Assembly (NCBI GenBank): GCA_027003115.1
Contig: JALWYS010000148.1
Coordinates: 1 to 44,720 of the forward strand
Direction: 5' to 3'
Length of the DNA stretch: 44,720 nucleotides
Origin: Deltaproteobacteria bacterium
GTDB taxonomy: Bacteria; Desulfobacterota; Dissulfuribacteria; Dissulfuribacterales; QOAL01
Below, piece after piece: positions 27,187-35,617 of this stretch; positions within the stretch are counted from its first letter, which is position 1; each line of letters begins with the position of its first letter. The notes beneath the pieces were generated by a model, which saw nothing but the letters and a program-made list of their open reading frames with translations, was not told the origin of the DNA and did no database searches. A program made the translations under genes and the position numbers.

Positions 27187-28698
27187 TCAAACCTTTTGTG
27201 CCATTTTTTTGACGGAGAACCTTGTAGGAAAAGGCGTCCCAGATAGATAGCTGTTAAGGCCTTGATAACCAAGGTCAAGGCCCGTATGGGTTTTTAAAAA
27301 AGAGACAAGGTCCAGCCTGTTTCCATGAAAAGACCACTTCTTGAGGAGACCGAATGCATCAGCCTTTAAAAACCACCCGTTGCCAAACTCTTTCCTTAAA
27401 AGATCTCTCAGCATCCATGCCCCTAAAAAGGCCTGGAAGTAGTCAAGACTATAAAGATCTGGCATGAGATCAAAGTAGTATGTCTCGGCATGGTACCTGA
27501 AACCGGTCTGTTCCTTCATGACCTTTGCATATCTTTTCTGGCTGGCTTCAGATCCTTCATGAAAAGAAAAATTTTCATATTCTATGAGACTTTTTGCACC
27601 GTATCTTCTGGCTAGGGTTAAAAACTTGACAGATTGAAGCGTGTTCAAAAGCCCCGCCTGTTCATCATCAAGCCCCATGACTCTTACGAGAAATTCCTGA
27701 TCCATGGAAATGAGCTGAAACAAAAAGGCAAAGGTTTCACCAAGAGCAAAGTCCATGAAAAAATCCTTTAAGGCAACATCCATCTTTGCGTCGTTGTTCA
27801 AAAAGAAAAAGGCGTGACCAAGCTCATGGAAGAGTGCCTCCAGATCTATCCAACCACTAAGGCTGCCTGTTATCACATGAATCTCACCAGGAATCTGAAC
27901 TGGAAGACAGCATGACTGCCCCCTGGCCCCTTGACCCATGTGTAGTTTAAGGGCCTTAGAGTCTTTCAAAATCGGTCCGAAAAACCCCATCACCTTCTCT
28001 GTGCCTTTGTCCGCCTTCCAGGACAGGGGATAAAGATGGTCAAGATAACGAAGGCCGAGGAGATAGATGGCATCAAACCGACTCCTTTCTTCTGGTTCAA
28101 CAGATTCCTCTAGCATGTAAAACCATGTATCCACAAGCTCCTGGTAGACCCTGGATGTCTCGGAAAGAAAATCCCTGGAAAGCCGTATCAGCCTTTCAAG
28201 CCTGTCTCTCCCCTTCTTGTGGGCCAAAAACTCGATATAGCCCTGATAGTCAAGGTCTTCGGATACAGTCTTAAAGGTCTTGTTCCATGTTGCCTGGCTA
28301 AAGGGGGACAAAAACCTGCACAGGGATCTTGCCTCCCTTTCAAGTGTGTCTCTAAATGTCTTTTTATGCTGCTCCTGGCACCAATATATTATGTTTGAAA
28401 ACTGGATATCTTCTCCGTTAACCTGTGCCTTTGCACCACTCATCCAGTTGTTAAAGACCTGTTGAAGAGGCTCAACCTGGTTGCGAATATAAAGATCGCA
28501 GGCCTGGAAATATACATTTTTGTGTATGGTCCCCTTCTCAACCAACCTCCTTATCTCCTTTACATGATCGAGGCTGATGAAAGGTATCGTCTTTTCAAGA
28601 CCTTTCATGTCAGGAGCACGCCCAAGATAGTAAAGGAGATCCCTTTTCCTGTTTAAGACCACCTGGTCAAGGATTAACTTTCTAAGATCCTTATGCAT
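27187..28698 (-). CDS. Hypothetical gluzincin (M3-like) metallopeptidase-fold protein
   Basis: FHELGH motif followed by a distal Glu (ALGETFA). Confidence 0.65.
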   Translation of the reverse strand: MHKDLRKLILDQVVLNRKRDLLYYLGRAPDMKGLEKTIPFISLDHVKEIRRLVEKGTIHKNVYFQACDLYIRNQVEPLQQVFNNWMSGAKAQVNGEDIQFSNIIYWCQEQHKKTFRDTLEREARSLCRFLSPFSQATWNKTFKTVSEDLDYQGYIEFLAHKKGRDRLERLIRLSRDFLSETSRVYQELVDTWFYMLEESVEPEERSRFDAIYLLGLRYLDHLYPLSWKADKGTEKVMGFFGPILKDSKALKLHMGQGARGQSCCLPVQIPGEIHVITGSLSGWIDLEALFHELGHAFFFLNNDAKMDVALKDFFMDFALGETFAFLFQLISMDQEFLVRVMGLDDEQAGLLNTLQSVKFLTLARRYGAKSLIEYENFSFHEGSEASQKRYAKVMKEQTGFRYHAETYYFDLMPDLYSLDYFQAFLGAWMLRDLLRKEFGNGWFLKADAFGLLKKWSFHGNRLDLVSFLKTHTGLDLGYQGLNSYLSGTPFPTRFSVKKMAQKV

Positions 28699-28710
28699 GG
28701 GGAAGTGGTT

Positions 28711-29271
28711 TTAAAAAAGATTCTTCTTTAGAAGAAAGTTGCAAACACCTGATGCGATTTTGGAATAGCCAGACTCGTTTGGGTGAAGTCCGTCTGGAAG
28801 AAAGTCCCCTCCCCTTTTTGAAAGGCCTTCAAATATGTTTGGGTAAAGGGGTATGTTGCATTTTTCTGAAAGGCGTCTGTAAAGTTTTATCCATTCTGGC
28901 ACCCCTGGGTAATCCATGTTGAAACCTAAAAGGACTGGCCTGTGACCCGTTGAATGAATGTGCCCGATTATCTTTTCAAGATTTGTTTCACATGCCTTGG
29001 CGGGGATTGCCATAAAAAAGTCATTTATGCCAAACTCAATCAGCACCAGCACCTGCTCATCCGTTGAAAGGTGCTCATTAAGCTCACCAAGTCTTTTGAG
29101 AGCGTCATAGGAGGTATCACCAGAAACACCCAAATTTACACAGTTTACACCCAAAAGCCTTGACAAAAGAGTTGGGTAGGATGCCTCCCTGGAGACCATG
29201 TAACCCTCTGTAATACTGTCTCCAAAACATACCATTTTCACGTAAAGGCGCTCCTTGGCCATTTTTTTCAA
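28711..29271 (-). CDS. SGNH/GDSL esterase (TesA/arylesterase-like)
   Basis: FGDSIT, GVSGDT, G.ND and DGLHPN blocks. Start is TTG 29271 or ATG 29262. Confidence 0.9.
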   Translation of the reverse strand: MKKMAKERLYVKMVCFGDSITEGYMVSREASYPTLLSRLLGVNCVNLGVSGDTSYDALKRLGELNEHLSTDEQVLVLIEFGINDFFMAIPAKACETNLEKIIGHIHSTGHRPVLLGFNMDYPGVPEWIKLYRRLSEKCNIPLYPNIFEGLSKRGGDFLPDGLHPNESGYSKIASGVCNFLLKKNLF

Positions 29272-30044
29272 GAAGCGTTTCTAAGTTTGACCACAACGCC
29301 ATCTCTGACTATTTCCATGTCAGACCCCGCCTTTTTAAGGCTTGTCTTTGCCACTGCCATTGCCAGGAGAAGTGGCTTGAGGGTGAGGGAGACTAATTCC
29401 TTCGCCAGCTCGTTTTCATTGGAGATGGATGAAATCTTTTCAAGTTCTTCCACAGGATAGCTGATGCCCTTTGGATAGAAACCCACAGACACTAGATTTT
29501 CATCGCTGGTTGAAAGGGCTATTTCAAGGACCGGCTCCGGTGTTTCCCTGAGAAGCTCTATTGTTGAAAAAAGGATGCCATCGAAACTGTCCTTGACATG
29601 CTGTTCGTTAAGTATCAGCACCGGCGAAGTCTCAGGGAATGAAAGGTCAAGGCCTACCTTGTGCTTAAAAAAGAGATCGGATTTCCAGAATTCGATTGTT
29701 TCTGAAAGAAGCTGGGTAACCATTACGGGCCCTTCTTCCTCCTGTTGCTCTTCATCATAGACCCTGGAACCAACCAGCTTCACCATGTCATTGATCCTGG
29801 AGACAATGTCCTCAAGCTGCTCAAGCCTGTTGGCAGCCTGGCTGATGCCTGAAGTGATCTGGCTGTTTTCGCATTTAAGACCGGAAAGATGCCCAAGGTC
29901 CATTGCCAGAAGCTCCATGTGCATGGACAGCACCTGGAGAGGACTGTTCATGTTGTGTACTATTCCCTTGGCATTTCTCCCAATAAGGCTGTCCCTGAAA
30001 TACCTTAGAAGATTCGCGACAGCCACATCCTTGTCAAAAGACAT
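29268..30044 (-). CDS. Histidine-kinase-like protein with H-box but degenerate ATPase domain (putative phosphotransferase/pseudokinase)
   Basis: GIVHNMNSPLQ H-box. N, G1 and G2 boxes are not recognisable. AGGAGG RBS before ATG 30044. Confidence 0.7.
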   Translation of the reverse strand: MSFDKDVAVANLLRYFRDSLIGRNAKGIVHNMNSPLQVLSMHMELLAMDLGHLSGLKCENSQITSGISQAANRLEQLEDIVSRINDMVKLVGSRVYDEEQQEEEGPVMVTQLLSETIEFWKSDLFFKHKVGLDLSFPETSPVLILNEQHVKDSFDGILFSTIELLRETPEPVLEIALSTSDENLVSVGFYPKGISYPVEELEKISSISNENELAKELVSLTLKPLLLAMAVAKTSLKKAGSDMEIVRDGVVVKLRNAS

Positions 30045-30257
30045 ATCTTTCACCCTCCTGATAACCCACCGGTGTAGGAAAGGCCATGCCCAGGAGCCGC
30101 AGGCTTTTAGAAAAAGTCCTGGCATGGTTAACTGTCAAATATATTTATTTTTTGGCTTTCTACAACAAAATTTCAGAAAAAATTGGTAAAGGTGCAAAAG
30201 AGAGGGAAATGTTTTGAAAAAGTTTTGGAACTAAACAGGGAGGGGGCTTTTTACGGG

Positions 30258-31862
30258 TCATTCATCCTGACCCTTTCTCCTCTTCTCATCCATTATGGAA
30301 GAAAAGGCCTCTACTACATCAGGGTCAAACTGGCTTCCTGAATTTCTTATTATTTCTTTGCAGGCGAACTCCACTGACATGGCCTTTCTGTATGGACGTC
30401 TTGACGTAATGGCATCATACGTGTCTGCAACCGCCAGTATCCTGCTCAACCTGGGAATCTCATCCCCTTTGAGTCCATCAGGGTAACCCTTACCATCCCA
30501 TCTTTCGTGATGGTGCCTGATGATGGCTGTTTCCAGCTGGAGAAGACCCAGATGCCCAACGATCTCCGCACCAATGACCGGGTGGGTCTTTATGATCTCG
30601 TACTCCTCATCCGTAAGCCTGCCTGGCTTCATGAGTATCTGGTCCCTGATCCCGATTTTTCCGATATCGTGAAGATGGCCTGCAAATGTCAGGGACTCTA
30701 TCTCTTCCTCTGAACAGTTCATCTTCTTTGCCACCTCAACCGCCCACTGGGTTACCCTTTCTGAATGGAGCTTTGTATAAGGATCCTTGGCTTCAAGGCT
30801 TCGAACAAGGGCACGAAGGGTGGCGTGCAGATTCATAAAAAGGCTGTCATAAAGGAGGATGTTCTCCACTGTAAGGCTTGCCCTTTCAGACAGTATATGA
30901 AGAAGAAAAAGATACTCGTGGGCGACTTCAGCCTCAATATCTTGTGAAGATATCCCTAATACACCAAGTATCTCCTCCCTGATCTTGAAGGGCACCATGA
31001 GATAGCACCCATCCGAACCATGGGTGCTTCCTGACTGGGGTTCATGTTTGATGGGATTTCTGCCAAGAACAGGGATGCCATCCTTCATGACCTTAACTAC
31101 AGGATGGCGCGCATCCATAACAGGTATCTCTGATAGCCCTCTGTCCACGTCGCCGTGAGATGCAACCATCACAAGGCTGTCTGCCTCTTCCTCTTTAATC
31201 CATAACATGGCCATGGATGAGTCAAGCAGGCTCGCCCCAAGATCAACAAGGGTTTGATAGAGCTCGCTGGTGTTCTTGGTCTTGGCAAGGGTCTCGTTTA
31301 TGGTAAAAAGAATACTCTGCTCCCGCATTTTCTTCTCAAGCTTCCTGTTCATCTGTTCAAGAAGCTTTTTTACCTTTACCTCTTCTGTTAGAAATGCATT
31401 TTCAAGCAGGATGCTTCTTTCCTTTACGAGACGCTTAAGTGCCACCTGGAACTGCTCAAACTTGAACGGCTTTGAAAGGAAATCCGATGCTCCGCTCCTC
31501 ATGGCCTTTATAATCACGTCCATGGAAGGGTCACCGGTTATAATGGCTGCAACCACGGTCCTGTCCCTTTCCTTCAGCCTCTTGACAAACTCGATTCCGC
31601 TCATGCCAGGCATATTGATATCAACAAGGACAACGTCCACATCCACTGTCTGGTCCAATACGTTAAAGGCATCAAAGGCATTGGAGGCCTTAAAGACCTC
31701 GTAACACTTCTGAAACTTGAGAAAGGACTCGAGCATGTCGATGATCTGGGGATCGTCGTCAACGATCAACACGCGCCAGACCTTGTCCTTACTGATGGGG
31801 CTGTCTGAATGGGAGCTAGGAGTAGATGCAGAAGATTGCATTGGCTGGTCAAATCTGGTCAA
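30258..31862 (-). CDS. Response regulator c-di-GMP phosphodiesterase (REC-GAF-HD-GYP)
   Basis: LIVDDD/VDINMP receiver, GAF-like middle, HSERV, HDIGK, HHHERWDGKGYP, ADTYDA..S.RPY. Alternative start ATG 31841. Confidence 0.92.
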   Translation of the reverse strand: MTRFDQPMQSSASTPSSHSDSPISKDKVWRVLIVDDDPQIIDMLESFLKFQKCYEVFKASNAFDAFNVLDQTVDVDVVLVDINMPGMSGIEFVKRLKERDRTVVAAIITGDPSMDVIIKAMRSGASDFLSKPFKFEQFQVALKRLVKERSILLENAFLTEEVKVKKLLEQMNRKLEKKMREQSILFTINETLAKTKNTSELYQTLVDLGASLLDSSMAMLWIKEEEADSLVMVASHGDVDRGLSEIPVMDARHPVVKVMKDGIPVLGRNPIKHEPQSGSTHGSDGCYLMVPFKIREEILGVLGISSQDIEAEVAHEYLFLLHILSERASLTVENILLYDSLFMNLHATLRALVRSLEAKDPYTKLHSERVTQWAVEVAKKMNCSEEEIESLTFAGHLHDIGKIGIRDQILMKPGRLTDEEYEIIKTHPVIGAEIVGHLGLLQLETAIIRHHHERWDGKGYPDGLKGDEIPRLSRILAVADTYDAITSRRPYRKAMSVEFACKEIIRNSGSQFDPDVVEAFSSIMDEKRRKGQDE

Positions 31863-32514
31863 AGAGTTTCTTTTTCAAGGTTAGAAACTCTTTCTCTGTA
31901 ATGGCACCCTGGGCCTTGAGTTTTGCCAAACGCTCAAGCTGGGTGAGAACCTCTTCCCTGTCAGGACCGCCTTTATGGTGTTGAAGGATATAGGGCGAAA
32001 ACCATTCGGGTCCAAAAAGGGCCTTCTGGCTTGCCTCATCTGGGGTGGCCTTGGTGCTTGCATCCTTGGTATCACCGTCACCCTTTCTGCATGCCTTCAC
32101 AAATTCAATTAACCTCTGGTTTTCCTGCTGAAGCCTTATTTTCTCACAGGCGTTATCAACGCTGATCTTGAGCTCCTCAAGACGAAAGGGCTTTCTAAGA
32201 TAGTCGTAGGCGCCCTCTTTTACTGCCTGAATGGCTGTTTCAAGGGAAGCATAACCTGTTATTATGATAACAATGATATCTGGGTGAAGTTTCTTGGCCT
32301 GATGCAGCACCTCCATCCCGTCCACTTCTGGCATCATGAGATCCGTAATAAGGAGATCAAAGTGTCCTTCCTTCAACTTGCCAACTGCCTCAAGACCGTT
32401 GTGGACAAGGACTATCTCCCTGTCTTCCCGGTCGAGCAATTCGGTAAGAAGGTCACCGATATTTTTTTCGTCTTCGGCTATGAGTACTCTAAGGGGGGTC
32501 TGCTGGTCTGCCAT
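31849..32514 (-). CDS. Response regulator receiver protein with C-terminal SHOCT domain
   Basis: IAEDE, TDLMMP, KPF receiver motifs, and C-terminal LERLAKLKAQGAITEKEF..LKKKL. Confidence 0.85.
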   Translation of the reverse strand: MADQQTPLRVLIAEDEKNIGDLLTELLDREDREIVLVHNGLEAVGKLKEGHFDLLITDLMMPEVDGMEVLHQAKKLHPDIIVIIITGYASLETAIQAVKEGAYDYLRKPFRLEELKISVDNACEKIRLQQENQRLIEFVKACRKGDGDTKDASTKATPDEASQKALFGPEWFSPYILQHHKGGPDREEVLTQLERLAKLKAQGAITEKEFLTLKKKLFDQI

Positions 32515-32630
32515 TTTATAAAGCCCACTTGTGAAAGCAATTAAGTATGATTAACGTTTGGGACCGCAAGAAATATACCCAAAAACTCTTATTATTCACA
32601 ATAATTTAACTTTTTTTCTTTATCGGAGCT

Positions 32631-34349
32631 ATGACAAATAACTTGAAGCCACAAAAAAACAATGAAAAGAAAACAGATTTGGAGACCCAAATCAATACCC
32701 TGGATCTATCAGATCAACTGAATTTGGTTTTGACAGCACCCTGGGAGAAACGATTTGAGATCATAACGTCTTCTGAACGGGCGGGTGAGATCGTTGCCAA
32801 CATGCCTGTTGAAGAGCTTTTCTGGACCATAAAGGCGACAGGCATTGAAGACTCCGCCATTATCCTGTCACTTGCAACGGCCGAACAGCTCCAGTTCATC
32901 TTTGACCTTGACTGGTGGCAAAAGGACCGTTTGAGGCCAGAAAAAATAGCCGCCTGGCTCCTGGTCATGTTTGAGCTTTCTGTGCAGGTGCTCAAAAACT
33001 GGCTCAAATGGATACTTAACCGCGATCCTTGGCTTTTGCCTGCCATACTCAACGAGTTTATTACTGTGGTAAAAAGACCGGATGACATGGATATCCAGGA
33101 GGCAAAGGACAGATTGCCAGCCTTCACCCTGGATAACGTATATTTCATGGATTTTAAGAAAAAGAAACTTGCCCCCCTTTTCATAAGACTTATAACGGAC
33201 ATGGTTGAAATGGATGCAGGTAAATACAGGGACATCCTTGAAACCATGCTGTGGGAGACGCCGAGCCACAACCTGGAGACCGCTTACAGGCTAAGATGCG
33301 GGCGCATTGGTGACTTTGGCATACCAGACTACTATCAGTCCCTTGACATCTACGTGCCCATTTCAGAAGAGGAGATGCACGTAATCGAGCCGGAAAACTC
33401 TCCCTTTGCAAGGCTTCCAGTAAACTATGACATGCCCGCCTTTGTGCCGACCCTGTATGTGTCCGGCTATCCAGCCCTTGAAGATGCAGTGCGAATACTG
33501 GCAGGAAACCCTGTAATGGAAAGGATAGTGCGGGAGACAACCGGCGTTGCTAACAAGGTTTTGATGGCAGACCTTGTTGACCTGGATGATCCTGAAAGGC
33601 TGAAAATGGCTCTGGAAAAGGCCTTTTCCCTTATCAACCTGGGAATGGAGAAGCTTTCAGAATCATCGGGAAAGTCTCCTGAGGAAATACTCAAAAGCCA
33701 CTACTTGGAAGAGATAACAAGGTTTGCTTCAGGTCTTCTTCTGCCCTTTGGAGATAAGGCACGAAAAATCATGTCTGAGCCGTTTTTCAAAATATTACCT
33801 CATAGGCTCAAGGATGTGGTTGAGGCGGCAAGCCTTCGCCCGTCCATGCTCTTGGACGTTGGCACAGGCCTGTCAGAGAACGTAAAACACCTTAATGAGT
33901 TGGAAAAACTTGAATTTCTTCTATCCAAGGCCTCATCATGGAGCAAGGTGATCCCGTTTATTGAGCCATCCTTCGAGAAGTGGCCCTCCCAAATTAAATG
34001 GCAAGAGACCAACTTTCTTGCACCTGAGGAATTTTCAGTGGATAGCGCCCTTGCAACTGCTGTTTCCAACCTCATTATCAAGGCAATCTTCCACGTTTCC
34101 CCTCTGGACAGGGAGGAATTAGAAGCACTTTATGAAAGGCTTTCTGAAATGGGAAAAGAAGAGGTCTTTGGGCTTCTTAAAGAGCTCTTAGACCCCCTTT
34201 GCACAGGAGATGATTCTGGGTTGACTGAAAAGGAGCTCAACGAAACTATCCTTCCATATCTTGTGGAGGTATTCTCCGAGCTAGTCACACAAGGCAAAAG
34301 GGTCATTAATGAACCCCGGTACATCAAAAACATACTGGTAAAAGTCTAG
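32631..34349 (+). CDS. Conserved hypothetical protein (DUF6178-like)
   Basis: 572-aa ORF with EQLQF..DLD.W..D, FTLD..Y and E.AY..R..R..D.G.P motifs. GGAG RBS. Confidence 0.7.
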   Translation: MTNNLKPQKNNEKKTDLETQINTLDLSDQLNLVLTAPWEKRFEIITSSERAGEIVANMPVEELFWTIKATGIEDSAIILSLATAEQLQFIFDLDWWQKDRLRPEKIAAWLLVMFELSVQVLKNWLKWILNRDPWLLPAILNEFITVVKRPDDMDIQEAKDRLPAFTLDNVYFMDFKKKKLAPLFIRLITDMVEMDAGKYRDILETMLWETPSHNLETAYRLRCGRIGDFGIPDYYQSLDIYVPISEEEMHVIEPENSPFARLPVNYDMPAFVPTLYVSGYPALEDAVRILAGNPVMERIVRETTGVANKVLMADLVDLDDPERLKMALEKAFSLINLGMEKLSESSGKSPEEILKSHYLEEITRFASGLLLPFGDKARKIMSEPFFKILPHRLKDVVEAASLRPSMLLDVGTGLSENVKHLNELEKLEFLLSKASSWSKVIPFIEPSFEKWPSQIKWQETNFLAPEEFSVDSALATAVSNLIIKAIFHVSPLDREELEALYERLSEMGKEEVFGLLKELLDPLCTGDDSGLTEKELNETILPYLVEVFSELVTQGKRVINEPRYIKNILVKV

Positions 34350-34419
34350 CCTAGGGCGACTCCAAATCCCTTGCTTTTTAGGGCAGGCTCCTCAAGCGTT
34401 GACTGGCTGTCTTTAATGT

Positions 34420-34575
34420 CTTAAATATTTAGGCGTCTTGACCGCTGGGAATCTGGTGAAAATCCAGAACGGGCCCGCCACTGTGAGTGGGGACGAAACC
34501 TGAACGACGCCACTTTGACTTTGGGTCAAGGGAAGGCTCAGGTGGTAGGATGATCCACGAGTCAGGATACCGCGG
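34420..34575 (+). ncRNA. Cobalamin (B12) riboswitch
   Basis: GGGAA-tctGGTGaAAatcca, GCCCGCCACTGT, GCCACT...GGGAAGG, and the B12 box GAGTCAGGATAC. Lies upstream of B12 genes. Ends approximate. Confidence 0.92.
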
Positions 34576-34645
34576 CAAGACGCATGTTTGCTGCACCGGC
34601 CAAGGCCCGGTCTGCAAACGCGGGCAGGATATACGGGAAAAGGGC

Positions 34646-34680
34646 GCCCGAATCCTTGTGGATTCGGGCTTTTTATTTTT
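34646..34680 (+). terminator. Intrinsic terminator/attenuator of the riboswitch expression platform
   Basis: GCCCGAATCC-TTGT-GGATTCGGGC perfect 10-bp stem followed by TTTTTATTTTT. Confidence 0.88.
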
Positions 34681-34684
34681 GGGA

Positions 34685-35617
34685 ATGAATATGCACCCTT
34701 TAAAAACATGTCTCATTCTGTTTTTTGTAACTTGCTTTTTGTTTGTTTGCTCCTCTGGTCATGCGAAAGTCTCCGTGGTTGACGACGCAGAAAGCCGCAT
34801 AAGCCTTAACCGTCCTGCCAAAAGGATTGTCAGTCTCTATGGAGGAATGACAGAGATAGTCTGTGCAGTTGGGGCATGTAATCAACTGGTTGGGGTAACC
34901 AAGAGGGACGCCTGGCCTGTCCAGGTTAAGAATAAACCCAAGATTGGCACACACATGCGGCCCAATCTTGAGCTCATACTTGCGCTTAAGCCAGAGCTTG
35001 TTCTTCAAGGCTCGTCAAGGCCTGGAAGCCAGATGGTGGTTCAGAAGCTTAAAGAGATGGGCATCAAGGTGGCCATCTTTAATCCCAGGGACTTCCCTAC
35101 CCTTTATTCCACCATTGAGAGGGTAGCCAGGCTTTGCGGACACGAAGACGAAGGAAGAGACCTTGTTGAACATATGCGAAAGCAGCTTGAAGCAGCTGAA
35201 AAGAAGTATCCCCTTGAAAAAAGGCCCAGGATCGTTTTTGAGGTGAGTTATCCCAGCCTGCTATTTGCCGGGCAAAAAAACATAGTAAACGACATCATAC
35301 GTATGGCCGGGGCAGAAAACATAGTTAAAAAGGACAAGAAATTTGTAAGATTCAGCCTTGAACAGATAATAGTGGATGATCCAGATGTCTACATTGTTCA
35401 AAAAGGCCCCATGAACAGGAACAACATTTCCCCTCAAAAAAGGCCAAATTTTGACGCCATAAGGGCAGTGAAGGCCGGACATGTGCTGGTTGTGGACGAG
35501 TTCCTCTTTTCACGGCCAGGGCCAAGATCTGTAAAGGCAGTTGAGCAGCTAAGGGGCTACCTCTACTCCCTTTACGGAGGGGACAGGACAAATGAAAAAC
35601 AAATTGGTGACAGGTGA
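34685..35617 (+). CDS. BtuF-like cobalamin/corrinoid ABC substrate-binding protein
   Basis: Signal peptide, RIVSL...TE, PNLE.ILALKPELV, SRPGPR motifs. Downstream of a B12 riboswitch. Start at 34685 or 34691. Confidence 0.85.
   Translation: MNMHPLKTCLILFFVTCFLFVCSSGHAKVSVVDDAESRISLNRPAKRIVSLYGGMTEIVCAVGACNQLVGVTKRDAWPVQVKNKPKIGTHMRPNLELILALKPELVLQGSSRPGSQMVVQKLKEMGIKVAIFNPRDFPTLYSTIERVARLCGHEDEGRDLVEHMRKQLEAAEKKYPLEKRPRIVFEVSYPSLLFAGQKNIVNDIIRMAGAENIVKKDKKFVRFSLEQIIVDDPDVYIVQKGPMNRNNISPQKRPNFDAIRAVKAGHVLVVDEFLFSRPGPRSVKAVEQLRGYLYSLYGGDRTNEKQIGDR

Noticed and set aside
30045-30125. Upstream extension of the pseudokinase ORF
   Set aside because: The AGGAGG RBS lies within this extension, just before ATG 30044.
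32536-32552. Possible sigma-54 promoter upstream of the REC-SHOCT gene (TTGCT present on the minus strand)
   Set aside because: No GG at the -24 position.
34399-34427. TTGACT-N17-TAAATA sigma-70-like promoter before the riboswitch
   Set aside because: Poor -10 match, and the implied start site would fall inside the aptamer's first stem.
34487-34684. 66-aa N-terminal extension of the BtuF-like ORF, plus minus-strand ORFs 34413-34709 and 34429-34716
   Set aside because: They run through the riboswitch and terminator. The signal peptide starts at 34685/34691.
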